This document shows, in pieces, positions 21,064 to 31,660 of a stretch of 64,000 nt of DNA. The notes beneath the pieces were generated by a model, which saw only the letters and a list, made by a program, of their open reading frames with translations, made no database searches and was not told the DNA's origin. This DNA is from an uncultured Bacilli bacterium. GTDB lineage: Bacteria > Bacillota_I > Bacilli_A > RF39 > UBA660. The DNA lies in NCBI GenBank assembly GCA_947626095.1, contig CANQQV010000003.1:32001-96000 (forward strand). Direction: 5' to 3'. Both the position numbers and the translations under genes were made by a program. Position 1 is the first letter of the stretch; every line of letters starts with the position of its first letter.

Positions 21064-22069
21064 AACTAAACAAACCTAGTTTTTTTCCTTCCGTAATTAC
21101 CATATCATGAATAAGTTTATAATTATTTTCATTTTTAATATTTTGACTTTCCCCTTTAATATCATATTCCGTTACATTACCATCAACGAATACAACATAA
21201 TTTACTCTATGCCTATATTTATCGTAACCAATAGCATAATACTCTTTATCATCATCATTACCTTGATAATATATTTTTTTATCATTTATATCACAAAAGA
21301 AGATTCCTTTATCATAAACTTTTTTATATATTTGCTTATCCATTTCTTGATATCCGTTCGCCTTTAAATATTTAATAAGATTATTATCTACTTGGTTTAT
21401 ACTATCTTTATTATCTTCTATTAATTTAAGTTTAATCTTATTTTCTTTAGTTTCTCCCATATAATCTTTATAACTTATTTCAATATATAAATTATCTTTA
21501 TTATTTACTAAAACATTATATAAACTTAACTTATTATTTTTACTTTCTCCTATTGTTACATAATTATATTTATTTTTTTTTACTATTTCTTCTTTACTAT
21601 CTTCATTTTCATAATATAAAGTTAAACTAAATTCTGGTTGTAATGGATAATCAATTACTTTAAACTCACCCATATTTAACCATAATTTATCTTTGGTAAT
21701 TATTAGATAACTATCTTCTAAACTATAATATTCATCATCTAAAACAATTTTATAAACCTTAGCTTTATCATAATTATTTATTAAAAATATAAATGAAAAT
21801 AATATAACCATAACCAAACTGGCAATTACTAACCACAGAATTTTAATCTTCAATTTATTTTTTTTATTTTCTAACTGTTCTAAAATATCAACGTCTAAAA
21901 TTTTTTCAATTCTTTTAATCATTTCATAGTCAGGAAGATTCTTACCAGTTTCCCAATTACTAATAGCTTTATCACTTATCTTTAACTTATCCGCTAACTC
22001 TTGTTGAGTAATACCTTTTGCTTTTCTCGCTTCATTAATAAGTTTACCAATATCTATTTTATCTTTCAT
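21062..22069 (-). CDS. Membrane-anchored XRE-family HTH regulator with extracellular domain
   Basis: RKAKGITQQELADKLKISDKAISNWETGKNLPD, then one TM and about 235 aa of soluble domain. Confidence 0.85.
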   Translation of the reverse strand: MKDKIDIGKLINEARKAKGITQQELADKLKISDKAISNWETGKNLPDYEMIKRIEKILDVDILEQLENKKNKLKIKILWLVIASLVMVILFSFIFLINNYDKAKVYKIVLDDEYYSLEDSYLIITKDKLWLNMGEFKVIDYPLQPEFSLTLYYENEDSKEEIVKKNKYNYVTIGESKNNKLSLYNVLVNNKDNLYIEISYKDYMGETKENKIKLKLIEDNKDSINQVDNNLIKYLKANGYQEMDKQIYKKVYDKGIFFCDINDKKIYYQGNDDDKEYYAIGYDKYRHRVNYVVFVDGNVTEYDIKGESQNIKNENNYKLIHDMVITEGKKLGLFS

Positions 22070-22089
22070 CTTATCTTCCTTCCTTTATT

Positions 22090-22620
22090 TTAATCTTTAA
22101 CTACTTTAGCCGAATATGGATATATTAAATCTTCAATAAAATATCTAAAAGAATAATAAGAATATGGATCTACTCCATCTTTATCCGCTACTTCTTTTAT
22201 CATTTCTTCATATTTATAGGCACTTTCCATTCGTCTTAAATACTCATAATAATCTATATATTCGGTTTCTAAAACTTTAGTCACTTTATAACTTTCATTT
22301 GTCTCACATTTTGTTGCCACTTTAACCGGTGTATCTTTCGTAAAATAATCATAAAAGTGAAACATAACAATATTATAATCCGTAATACGGGCATTATTAA
22401 GTTCATAATACTTTTCTGGATTATCCGTTATATCATAGAGTTCTTGAAGTGTATAAGGATTTTCATCTAGTTTAAATTTTTCTTCTGTATCATTTTCTTT
22501 TATACTATTCTTTTCTTTATCAACTACTTTATAAACTAATACGGTCGCCCCAACCCCAATTAAAATTCCAACCAATAATATAATTACCATAACTATTTTC
22601 ATTTTAAAATCTTTTTTCAC
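22090..22620 (-). CDS. Hypothetical membrane-anchored/secreted protein
   Basis: GTG start with AAGGAG RBS; N-terminal TM; Tyr-rich. Confidence 0.7.
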   Translation of the reverse strand: MKKDFKMKIVMVIILLVGILIGVGATVLVYKVVDKEKNSIKENDTEEKFKLDENPYTLQELYDITDNPEKYYELNNARITDYNIVMFHFYDYFTKDTPVKVATKCETNESYKVTKVLETEYIDYYEYLRRMESAYKYEEMIKEVADKDGVDPYSYYSFRYFIEDLIYPYSAKVVKD

Positions 22621-22741
22621 TATCTCACTCTCCTTTCTCTTTCCAAATTAAACTAATTTTTGACAATTAACAACCTAGACTTACGAGAACTAAATTTAAA
22701 AAATTCTAGTTTTACTAGAATTCTATTTTGAAGAGAAAAAT

Positions 22742-24061
22742 TTATTTTATACTTTTCTTTATCTGCTCAATACGTGTTAATTCTTCTTTAATCCCTTTTT
22801 CTTTACCAATACTTGATGGATGATAATATTTCTTATCTTTTAATTCATCAGGTAAACACTGCATATTAGTTATTTTATTCTCTGTATTATGCGCATACTG
22901 ATAGTTAGCACCATATCCTAATTCACCATCTAACTTAGTAACTGCATTACGTAAATCTAATGGTACTTTAACATCAGCAGTTGCAATCGCATCTCTTTTA
23001 ACTGCTTCATAAGCCGTATATAATGAATTTGATTTAGGTGAAACACTTAAATAAACCACAGCTTGTGCCAAATTAACGTTACATTCAGGCATTCCATTAT
23101 AATGAGCTGCTTCATAAGCCGAAGTAGCTTGAACTAAAGCACTCGGATTAGCAAGACCAATATCTTCTGAAGCAAAACGAATTAAACGACGAGCAACATA
23201 TAAAGGATCTTCCCCAGCTTCTAACATACGTGCTAAATAATATAAAGCCGCATCAGGATCACTATTACGCATTGATTTATGTAAAGCTGATATTAAATTA
23301 TAATGTTCTTCACCCTTTTTATCATATAAGAACGTCTTTTTATTAACCATTTTCGAAATTAAAGCTTTAGTAATTTCTTTTTTATTACTTTTAACCGGTG
23401 TAACATTTAAAATATTTTCCAAAGTATTTAAAGCATTTCTTGCATCGCCATTACTTAAAGTTGCAATCGCACTTAACGCATCATCCTTAATACTTATTTT
23501 TATTGAATTATTTTCATTTTCTTTAGTTATAGCATTTATTAAGACTTTCTTAATATCTTCTTCTGTTAAACTATTTAAAACATAGACTTTAGTTCTTGAA
23601 AGTAAGGCGCTATTAACTTCAAAAGAAGGATTTTCTGTTGTCGCTCCAATTAAAATAATATCGCCACTTTCAACATATGGTAAAAAAGCATCTTGTTGCG
23701 CTTTATTAAAGCGATGAATTTCATCAACAAACAAAATTGTCCTTCTACCACTAACTTTATTAAATTCTGCTTCTGTAATTATTTCTTTAATATCTTTAAC
23801 TCCAGAAGTAACTGCACTTAATTGTTTAAAAACTGAATTAGTTTTATTAGCAATTATTTTAGCTAAAGTTGTTTTACCAACCCCTGGTGGTCCCCAAAAG
23901 ATCATTGATGTAACTAAATCATTTTCAATCATTTCTCTTAAAGGTGAATTAGGTCCCACTACTTCTTCTTGCCCAATAAAATCATCTAAAGACTGAGGAC
24001 GCATTTTCTCCGCTAAAGGTTTATATACTTCATTATCTAATTCACTAAATAAATTCTCCAT
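22742..24061 (-). CDS. rarA: Replication-associated recombination AAA+ ATPase RarA/MgsA
   Basis: [49 protein letters not shown]. Confidence 0.96.
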   Translation of the reverse strand: MENLFSELDNEVYKPLAEKMRPQSLDDFIGQEEVVGPNSPLREMIENDLVTSMIFWGPPGVGKTTLAKIIANKTNSVFKQLSAVTSGVKDIKEIITEAEFNKVSGRRTILFVDEIHRFNKAQQDAFLPYVESGDIILIGATTENPSFEVNSALLSRTKVYVLNSLTEEDIKKVLINAITKENENNSIKISIKDDALSAIATLSNGDARNALNTLENILNVTPVKSNKKEITKALISKMVNKKTFLYDKKGEEHYNLISALHKSMRNSDPDAALYYLARMLEAGEDPLYVARRLIRFASEDIGLANPSALVQATSAYEAAHYNGMPECNVNLAQAVVYLSVSPKSNSLYTAYEAVKRDAIATADVKVPLDLRNAVTKLDGELGYGANYQYAHNTENKITNMQCLPDELKDKKYYHPSSIGKEKGIKEELTRIEQIKKSIK

Positions 24062-24084
24062 AAATATCACCTTTGATTAATGTT

Positions 24085-24112
24085 ATTATATCATAATACA
24101 TTTGTTTGTGAA
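24085..24112 (-). promoter_or_regulatory. rarA promoter (TGnTATAAT) overlapped by a candidate LexA box at 24095-24108
   Basis: Plus-strand AATAC-ATTT-GTTTG, nearly identical to CATAC-ATTT-GTTTG in the lexA intergenic region. Confidence 0.65.
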
Positions 24113-24139
24113 TAAAATTAATAAAAAAGAAGTAATTTC

Positions 24140-25051
24140 TTACTTCTTGTAATAAGCTCTTATCTTATTTCTAAAATCAGGATCAAATTCTTTATTACGA
24201 ATCATTTCAATTTCAAAACGATATGGTGGATATATACGTTCCTTATCTTCATCATTCTCCCCTATATAAGGTGTTTCTAATATTTTAGGAACATTCTCTA
24301 ACTTCTCATGATAAATAATCTTAATTAAGTTATTAAAACCAATATTTCCAATTCCTATATTTTCATGACGATCTTTATGTGAACCTAAAACATTCTTTGA
24401 ATCATTTATATGAATACACCCTATTTTATCTAAACCTATTTTAGATTCAAATTCATCTAAGAAAGCATCAAAATCACTTATGTCATAACCGCCATCAAAT
24501 AAATGGCAAGTATCTAAACAAACCCCAATTTGTTCTTGTCTATTAGTATTCTTAACTAAATAAGCTATTTCATCTAATGTACAACCACATTCACTGCCTT
24601 TACCAGCCATCGTTTCAAGTAATATCTTACATTTAGTCGTTCCATCTAATATTGTATTTAAAGCTTCAACAATATTCTTTAAACCTTCTTCTTTAGTTAT
24701 ATCAACGGCATTACCTGGATGTAAAACCATTTTCGTAATCTGCATTTCATCGCATCTTTTAAGCTCATTACGAATAAAATTAATACTAAATTCATACTTA
24801 GATAAATCTTTTTTACTACCTAAATTAACAATATATGGAGCATGACAAACAACATTATTAATATCTATATTATTTTCTTGCATTAAAGCTAAAGCTTCAT
24901 CTATATATTTAGTTTCAATATCTTTTCTAATTGTATTAGTTGGTGCCCCAGTATAAAACATAAAAGTATTCGCCTTATAACTTAAAGCTTCTTTTAATGA
25001 ACCGAGTATTTGATCTTTTCCAAAAGACACATGACTACCAATTATTAACAT
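24140..25051 (-). CDS. nfo: Endonuclease IV
   Basis: IGSHVS, HAPYIVNL, HPG, LETMAGKG, CLDTCH, HINDSK, DRHENIG, ILETP. Confidence 0.96.
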   Translation of the reverse strand: MLIIGSHVSFGKDQILGSLKEALSYKANTFMFYTGAPTNTIRKDIETKYIDEALALMQENNIDINNVVCHAPYIVNLGSKKDLSKYEFSINFIRNELKRCDEMQITKMVLHPGNAVDITKEEGLKNIVEALNTILDGTTKCKILLETMAGKGSECGCTLDEIAYLVKNTNRQEQIGVCLDTCHLFDGGYDISDFDAFLDEFESKIGLDKIGCIHINDSKNVLGSHKDRHENIGIGNIGFNNLIKIIYHEKLENVPKILETPYIGENDEDKERIYPPYRFEIEMIRNKEFDPDFRNKIRAYYKK

Positions 25052-25090
25052 TTAAATCACCTAAAGTAAATTATAACAAAAAAAGATAGA

Positions 25091-25651
25091 TTATTCTATC
25101 TTTTCACTTAGACACTTACTTGAATATTTATTACCAGTACCGCCCTTATCAGTACTTGTACTAGCAAATTCTTTACGAACACTATGCGCAAATTCTTCTT
25201 GATCAAATTTAGTAATTCCTTTATTTAATTTTAAATCATCAATTTTACTAGCTTCATAACCAGCAATAACATATTCTTTATCAGTTAACCAAATACTATA
25301 AAAGAAATTATTATTCTTTTCTTCTACAACAACATATCCATCCCAATTATCATATGTTTTAGTTGTAAAATCATTATTAACTAAACCATCTAAGGTAATA
25401 CACATTCCCTTACTTTCCCCATTGTTACTAGTTACAATATACTCTGTATTATTCAAATGAGAGTAATTATTATAAGCTATCTTAGCTGCTTCAATAATTG
25501 AATTAGCTTCTTGCTTTAAATTAATTGTTTTTTGATTATTAGTTGCTAATGTTACAATAGCTACTCCTCCTAATACAAAACAAGCTACTAAAACAACCAT
25601 ACATAGTATTTCAAGTTTTGAAAAATTAATTTTGTCTTTATATTTATCCAT
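25091..25651 (-). CDS. Pilin/pseudopilin-like protein with degenerate prepilin N-terminus
   Basis: KINFSKLEILCMVVL resembles G-F-T-L-x-E-L-L; helix then CITLDGLV...YSIWLTD..Y. Confidence 0.55.
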   Translation of the reverse strand: MDKYKDKINFSKLEILCMVVLVACFVLGGVAIVTLATNNQKTINLKQEANSIIEAAKIAYNNYSHLNNTEYIVTSNNGESKGMCITLDGLVNNDFTTKTYDNWDGYVVVEEKNNNFFYSIWLTDKEYVIAGYEASKIDDLKLNKGITKFDQEEFAHSVRKEFASTSTDKGGTGNKYSSKCLSEKIE

Positions 25652-25706
25652 ATTATCACCATATATTCTATACATATTTTAATATAAAGACCAATAAAAT
25701 ACAATA

Positions 25707-25925
25707 TTATTCTAAAGTACTTATAATACTACTAACTACTTCCATATCATCTATAAAATTAGACACTTTATCACTTAATCTTAAATTATATTTTTCTTTA
25801 ATTATTTTCTTAAATTCATTATAAAAATTAGGATTACGATTTAAATCTTTTATAAAGTACGAATTTTCTTTTAAATAATCCATCATTTTATCTTTTTGTA
25901 AATTTTCTAATACTATTCTTTCCAT
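25707..25925 (-). CDS. ylbE: YlbE-like sporulation protein
   Basis: YLKENSYFIKDLNRNP...Y...SDKVSNF pattern; directly after the ylbD-like gene as in Bacillus. Confidence 0.65.
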   Translation of the reverse strand: MERIVLENLQKDKMMDYLKENSYFIKDLNRNPNFYNEFKKIIKEKYNLRLSDKVSNFIDDMEVVSSIISTLE

Positions 25926-25926
25926 T

Positions 25927-26268
25927 TTAATCACCAAAAAATTTCGATAATGGTCTTGCAATATCTGGTTTAACATTATTATTTATATTTTCGGTTGTCT
26001 TGGTTGCTAATTCACTAAAAATATCTAAAGCTTTCTGCGCATTTTCGATATGTTTCTGTAAAGCATCTGGATCAAACTTTTCCATATAATCAGCTATTTT
26101 CTTTGTTGGTTTCTCATCTTTTTTACTATACTTACTCCATATTTTTTCATCCTCCCCATACAAATCATATAATTCATAAAACTTTTGCCATGTCATTTCA
26201 TTATTTTCCACATAAGTAGCTAACTCTGGCTTTGTTTTAACAAACTCTTTAAATTGTTCTTTTGCCAT
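25927..26268 (-). CDS. ylbD: Spore coat protein YlbD-like
   Basis: EQFKEFVKTKPEL...TWQKFYELYDLYGEDEKIW and C-terminal RPLSKFFGD. Confidence 0.75.
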   Translation of the reverse strand: MAKEQFKEFVKTKPELATYVENNEMTWQKFYELYDLYGEDEKIWSKYSKKDEKPTKKIADYMEKFDPDALQKHIENAQKALDIFSELATKTTENINNNVKPDIARPLSKFFGD

Positions 26269-26269
26269 A

Positions 26270-26315
26270 AAAAAATCACCTATTAAATTTTATGTTTAAT
26301 AAGTGATTTTTTGTC
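26270..26315 (-). terminator. parC terminator containing the ylbD RBS and a sigma-K/E-like promoter
   Basis: 18-bp stem (one G-U), 7-nt loop CAUAAAA; 3' arm holds AGGUGA plus a U-run just before ATG; GACA-N17-CATAAAAT. Confidence 0.7.
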
Positions 26316-28861
26316 TATAATTTAAAATCATCAATAAAATCATCAATGGTTAATTCTTCTGATTTTGTCGTTTCTTCTGTTTCTACTTCTCCTTCATCTT
26401 TAGCCACAACTTTATTATCACTATTATCATTTAATTCTAACTTACATTCTCTTACTTCAGCTACTTTAAATGTATCTTCTAAAGCTGTTTTACAAATTGT
26501 ACTTCCCGTTGATAATAAATCCATAATTGGTAATTCTGAAGCTTTTATTTCGTTAAATTCACCATCTGTTTTAATACCAATTGTATCACGCATATTAACT
26601 GCTAATACATTTAGTACTTCATAATTAGTTGATTTAACTTTTTTAATTAACATACTACCTTTTTTCGCACGATTCATTTCTTCCAGTTCACTCATCTTAA
26701 TTCTCTTTGCCGTACTCTTATTTGTAAATACTGCTAAATATTCATCACTATCAGTTGGTGAAAGACAAGTAACAACTTCATCATCTTTAACATTAATTCC
26801 TTTAACACCAGATGCTTTAGCTCCTACAAGTGGTATTTCATTAGCATCAATATTAATATAACGACCAGTCTTTGTTACAAAAATAGCTCGACCATTATCT
26901 GGACATACTGAAACTAATTCATCACCATCTTTTAACTTCATTGCATTAATTGGTTTCGTATAACGACTAACTATTAAATCTTCTAAATTAGTACGTTTAG
27001 TTATACCATTACGTGTCGTCATAATAACATTAGTCTGTTTATTGTCTAAAATCATTGCAGAAATAATTTTTTCTTCCGCGCCAATTTGAATTAAATTACT
27101 AATGTGTTTGCCTAGTTCTTTCCACTTAGTTTCTACTATTTCATGAACTGGAACATATAAATAATGTCCTAAATTAGTAAACATTAATAATGTATCTAAA
27201 GTTGTTGTACTATATATACCTCTTATAAAGTCACCAGGTTTTAACGTAGTTTGTTCACCAGAAGCACTAACATAAGATTTTAATGGAATACGTTTAACAT
27301 AACCATCATTAGTTGCTACAACAATAACATTTTCTTTCGCAATCATATCCATTGCATCAATCTTTATTTCGACAACTTCATCACGAATTTCCGTACGACG
27401 AGGATTAGCAAATTCTTTCTTAATTTCATTAATCTCAATCTTCATTTGACGTTTTAAGATATTTTCATCATTTAATATTGAATTTAAGAACTCTATCATA
27501 CGTTCCAAATCGCTTTTTTCACCTAATAATTGATTAATATCTGTATTAGATAAACGATATAATTGCATTGTTACAATTGCTGTTGCTTGTTCTTCTGTAA
27601 AATCAAATTCTTTAACTAAATTTACAATACAATCAGCTTTATTTTTTGAAGCTCTAATCGTCTTAATTACTTCATCTAAAACATCTATTGCTTTAAGTAA
27701 ACCTTCAACAATATGCAAACGTGCTTTAGCATGTTCTAAATCAAATCTTGTACGTCTTAAAATAACATCTTTTTGATGAGCAATAAACGCATCTAAGATT
27801 TCTAAGATTCCTACTTGTTTAGGTCGACGATTAACTATCGCTACCATATTAAAGTTATAGTTTATTTGTAATTCTGTATTTTTAAGTAAATAGTTTAAAA
27901 TTAATTCAGCATTAGCTTCCTTTTTAAGTTCAATAATAATCTTGGCCATATGCTCTTTATCAGAAACATCAACCACATCAACTATGCCATCTACTTTTTT
28001 ATCTATTTTAATATCTTCTATTTTTTTACGTAATTGTTCTTTTAAAACATCATAAGGTATTTCATGAATAATAATTTGATGAATTCCACGTTCTTTAACA
28101 ATTTCCGTTTTAGCTTTAACTACAACTTTACCACGACCAGTTGAATAAGCTTCAATTAAACCTTCTTTACCTTCAACTACTCCACCAGTTGGAAAGTCAG
28201 GTCCTTTGATAATATTTAAAATTGTATCTAAACGACAATTTGGATTATCAATACGATGGATTGTTGCATCTATTACTTCCCCTAAATTATGGGGTGGAAT
28301 ATTAGTTGCATAACCAGCTGAAATACCAGTTGAACCATTTACTAAAAGGTTTGGAAAATAAGCTGGTAAAACTGTTGGTTCTAAATCTTCATCACTATAA
28401 TTTAATGTCATTTCAACTGCATTACGATTGATATCTTTAAGCATCATTTGTGCTAACTTAGTAAGTCTTGTCTCGGTATAACGATAAGCAGCTGGTCCAT
28501 CACCATCAATTGATCCATTATTACCATGAATATCAATAAATGGTTCACGCATCTTCCAAGCTTGTGACATATATATCATCGCACCATAGATACTTGAATC
28601 ACCATGTGGATGGTATTTTCCCATTACATCCCCAACTGCTTTAGCACATTTACGATATGGATGATCAAACGTATTTTTATCTTCCCACATCGTATATAAA
28701 ATACGTCTTTGAACTGGTTTTAAACCATCACGTACATCCGGTAACGCACGATCTTGAATAATACTTTTAGAGTATCTTCCAAAACGATCACCCATTATGT
28801 CTTCTAAAGTATAATCATAGATTTTCTCAATAATTGTTTTCTCTTCTTTTGCTTTTGCCAT
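26315..28861 (-). CDS. parC: DNA topoisomerase IV subunit A
   Basis: ALPDVRDGLKPVQRRI, YHPHGDSSIY, AAYRYTE, W-KELG in the CTD; no GyrA box seen. Confidence 0.93.
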   Translation of the reverse strand: MAKAKEEKTIIEKIYDYTLEDIMGDRFGRYSKSIIQDRALPDVRDGLKPVQRRILYTMWEDKNTFDHPYRKCAKAVGDVMGKYHPHGDSSIYGAMIYMSQAWKMREPFIDIHGNNGSIDGDGPAAYRYTETRLTKLAQMMLKDINRNAVEMTLNYSDEDLEPTVLPAYFPNLLVNGSTGISAGYATNIPPHNLGEVIDATIHRIDNPNCRLDTILNIIKGPDFPTGGVVEGKEGLIEAYSTGRGKVVVKAKTEIVKERGIHQIIIHEIPYDVLKEQLRKKIEDIKIDKKVDGIVDVVDVSDKEHMAKIIIELKKEANAELILNYLLKNTELQINYNFNMVAIVNRRPKQVGILEILDAFIAHQKDVILRRTRFDLEHAKARLHIVEGLLKAIDVLDEVIKTIRASKNKADCIVNLVKEFDFTEEQATAIVTMQLYRLSNTDINQLLGEKSDLERMIEFLNSILNDENILKRQMKIEINEIKKEFANPRRTEIRDEVVEIKIDAMDMIAKENVIVVATNDGYVKRIPLKSYVSASGEQTTLKPGDFIRGIYSTTTLDTLLMFTNLGHYLYVPVHEIVETKWKELGKHISNLIQIGAEEKIISAMILDNKQTNVIMTTRNGITKRTNLEDLIVSRYTKPINAMKLKDGDELVSVCPDNGRAIFVTKTGRYINIDANEIPLVGAKASGVKGINVKDDEVVTCLSPTDSDEYLAVFTNKSTAKRIKMSELEEMNRAKKGSMLIKKVKSTNYEVLNVLAVNMRDTIGIKTDGEFNEIKASELPIMDLLSTGSTICKTALEDTFKVAEVRECKLELNDNSDNKVVAKDEGEVETEETTKSEELTIDDFIDDFKL

Positions 28862-28866
28862 CTTGA

Positions 28867-30786
28867 TTACCTCCTAAAGTCATCTTCTAATGTGAAATCA
28901 ACGTTTTCATTTATCCACTCTTTACGTGGCTCTACTTTATCACCCATTAAAACTGATACTCTCTTTTCTGCTAAAGCTGCATCAGTAATACTTACTTTTA
29001 TTAAACTTCTCGTTGCTGGATTCATTGTTGTTTCATAAAGTTCATCAGCATCCATTTCACCTAGACCTTTAAATCTTTGAACTTTATAAGACTGTTTAAT
29101 CGTCTTTTTCTTTTCTTCTAGTTCTTCATCTGTTGCGACATATTCTTTATATTTACCATAATCTATCGCGTATAATGGTGGATTAGCTATATAAAGCATT
29201 CCTGCTTCAATTAATGGACGCATAAAACGATAGAAGAAAGTTAATAAAAGTATTTGAATATGAGCCCCATCATCATCGGCATCAGTCATAATAATTACTT
29301 TACCATAATTAGATTCCGTCGGATCAAATTCATTGCCAATGCCTGCCCCTATCGCATATGTTAAAGTATTTAATTCTTCGTTATTATGAATGTCATTACT
29401 TGATGCTTTTTCACAGTTTAATACTTTACCTCTTAAAGGTAAGATAGCCTGTGTTTCACGATTACGTCCCGTTTTAGCTGAACCACCAGCTGAATCTCCT
29501 TCGACTAAGAATAATTCAGCTACTTTAGCATCTTTACCTGTCGCTTTCGCTAACTTACCACTTAATATTTTATCTTTCTTTTCTTTACCTTTACCTTGAC
29601 GAGCTGCATCACGTGCCTTACGTGCTGCTTCACGAGCTATCTTACTTCTTGAAGCTTTTTCCACAATCGTCACAGCAATTTCTCTATTTTCTTCTAAGAA
29701 GAACTTCATATTTTCATAAGTAATTTGTTCCGTTACCGTACGGGCTTCCGGTGTTCCTAACTTACCTTTAGTTTGACCTTCAAATTGTAATAAATTTTCT
29801 GGTATCTTAAGATTAATAACGGCACTTAAACCTTCTCTAACATCTGATCCTTCAAAAGAAGCATCTTTACCTTTTAAAATATTATTTTCTTTCGCATAGT
29901 CATTAAAAGCTTTTGTAATACCTGATTTAAAACCTGTTTCATGTGAACCACCATCACTAGTTTTAACATTATTAACAAAGCTTAAAATATTTTCGTTATA
30001 TCCTTCTTGATATTGTAAAGCAATATCTACTTCAATACCTTGTTTAATTCCATTAAAATTAATAACTTTATGTAAAACTGTTTTGCCTTCATTTATATAT
30101 TCTACAAAATTAGTTAAACCTTGTTCATAGTGATATTTAACATTACGATTATTCTCTTCATCTTCTACTTCAATTGTAATACCTGATAGTAAAAACGCAC
30201 TTTCTTGCATTCTTTCCGTTATTGTTGTAAAAGAAAAACTAGTTGCTTTAAATATTTCTGGATCCGGCATAAAAGTTACCGTAGTACCGGTTCTATTAGT
30301 TGTACCAATTTTCTTTAAAGGTTCTTTAACATGTCCCCCATTTTCAAAACTAATACTATGAATAGCACCATCGCGATAAATAACAACTTTCATCCATTTA
30401 GATAATGCATTAACTACTGAAGCCCCAACTCCATGTAAGCCACCAGAAACCTTATAACTACCTTCTTCAAACTTACCACCAGCATGTAAAATCGTATATA
30501 TTACTTCTGGTGTAGTATGCCCACTTTCATGCATTCCTGTAGGTACCCCACGACCATGATCTTCAACTGTTACTGATCCATCTTTATTAATTGTTATCTT
30601 AATATAATCACCATAACCATTAATACTTTCATCAATAGCATTATCAACAATTTCCCAAACCAAATGATGAAGACCTCTCTTATCAGTTGAACCAATATAC
30701 ATACCTGGTCTTTTACGTACTGCATCTAATCCTTCTAATATTTTTATAGATGTTGCATCATAAGATTTATTATTTACTGTTGCCAT
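28867..30786 (-). CDS. parE: DNA topoisomerase IV subunit B
   Basis: VRKRPGMYIG, EIVDNAIDE, EGDSAGGSAK, PLRGK, MTDADDDG, C-terminal VEPRKEWI; upstream of parC. Confidence 0.93.
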   Translation of the reverse strand: MATVNNKSYDATSIKILEGLDAVRKRPGMYIGSTDKRGLHHLVWEIVDNAIDESINGYGDYIKITINKDGSVTVEDHGRGVPTGMHESGHTTPEVIYTILHAGGKFEEGSYKVSGGLHGVGASVVNALSKWMKVVIYRDGAIHSISFENGGHVKEPLKKIGTTNRTGTTVTFMPDPEIFKATSFSFTTITERMQESAFLLSGITIEVEDEENNRNVKYHYEQGLTNFVEYINEGKTVLHKVINFNGIKQGIEVDIALQYQEGYNENILSFVNNVKTSDGGSHETGFKSGITKAFNDYAKENNILKGKDASFEGSDVREGLSAVINLKIPENLLQFEGQTKGKLGTPEARTVTEQITYENMKFFLEENREIAVTIVEKASRSKIAREAARKARDAARQGKGKEKKDKILSGKLAKATGKDAKVAELFLVEGDSAGGSAKTGRNRETQAILPLRGKVLNCEKASSNDIHNNEELNTLTYAIGAGIGNEFDPTESNYGKVIIMTDADDDGAHIQILLLTFFYRFMRPLIEAGMLYIANPPLYAIDYGKYKEYVATDEELEEKKKTIKQSYKVQRFKGLGEMDADELYETTMNPATRSLIKVSITDAALAEKRVSVLMGDKVEPRKEWINENVDFTLEDDFRR

Positions 30787-30881
30787 ATAATTCACCATAG
30801 TTAGTATAACATAAATTACAATCAAAAAAAAAGAGCTTTGACAGTTTAAAATGTCAACAAAGCCCCTATTTACGGCATTTT

Positions 30882-31568
30882 CTAAAATTCATCATCATCG
30901 ACAAGATGCAATTTATTATCATCTATTTTTACTTCATCATCTTGCTTTTTAGTAGTTACTTCTTCTTTAATAGGTTTATCTATTTTTTTTACTTCTTCAT
31001 GCTTAACTTCTTTAGGTGCAGGTTCTTCATTAATTACTATTGGATCAACTTCATCTTCTATTATTACCGGCGTATCTTCTTTCTTATCTTTAAAGATTTC
31101 TTCTTTTAAAACATCTTTTGTAACAATTTTTTCCTCTTTATCACTATCATCAATATCACTAACTGGTGATATTACTGCTGTATCTTCAATAATATTAATA
31201 TCTAATATTTTAACTGGTTTTGTTGCTTCACTTAAAGTATTATGTTTTGATGTTCTTACTTCAACATCCTGATTTTTTTCAATTTCTTCTTCGAAATTTT
31301 TTCTAAAATCTTCAAGGTTCTTTGTTAAAACAGGCTTTTCAAAAGTAACATCCTCTTTTTCCGTTCGTTCTTTAGTCTCTGGCTCAAAAGTAATATCTTT
31401 AACATCTTCTTCTTTAATCTTTTTAGGCTCACTACTTTTTTTAGCATCTCTTATTCCTAAAATAAGAACTATAACAAATAAAACTACTAAAACAATAATT
31501 GCAATTATTAAAATTGTTGCAAAATTATCATTTTCATATAATTTGTCTATAATACTAAGTAAATTCAT
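30882..31568 (-). CDS. Hypothetical single-TM protein with acidic, low-complexity tail
   Basis: TM at about aa 17-38; E/K/D-rich remainder; GAGGTG RBS. Confidence 0.7.
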   Translation of the reverse strand: MNLLSIIDKLYENDNFATILIIAIIVLVVLFVIVLILGIRDAKKSSEPKKIKEEDVKDITFEPETKERTEKEDVTFEKPVLTKNLEDFRKNFEEEIEKNQDVEVRTSKHNTLSEATKPVKILDINIIEDTAVISPVSDIDDSDKEEKIVTKDVLKEEIFKDKKEDTPVIIEDEVDPIVINEEPAPKEVKHEEVKKIDKPIKEEVTTKKQDDEVKIDDNKLHLVDDDEF

Positions 31569-31660
31569 ATGACACCTCTTATTATTCTATATATAAGAAT
31601 ACCACAATTATACTCCTTTTGACAACAATATTTCATAAAAAAAACAACTTAATAAAGTTG

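Noticed and set aside
128-31626. Recurring TTTGACAA (about 128, 17986, 22659, 31618) as Spo0A boxes
   Set aside because: Better explained as TTGTCA -35-like elements of minus-strand promoters, or chance; they are imperfect 0A matches ahead of vegetative genes.
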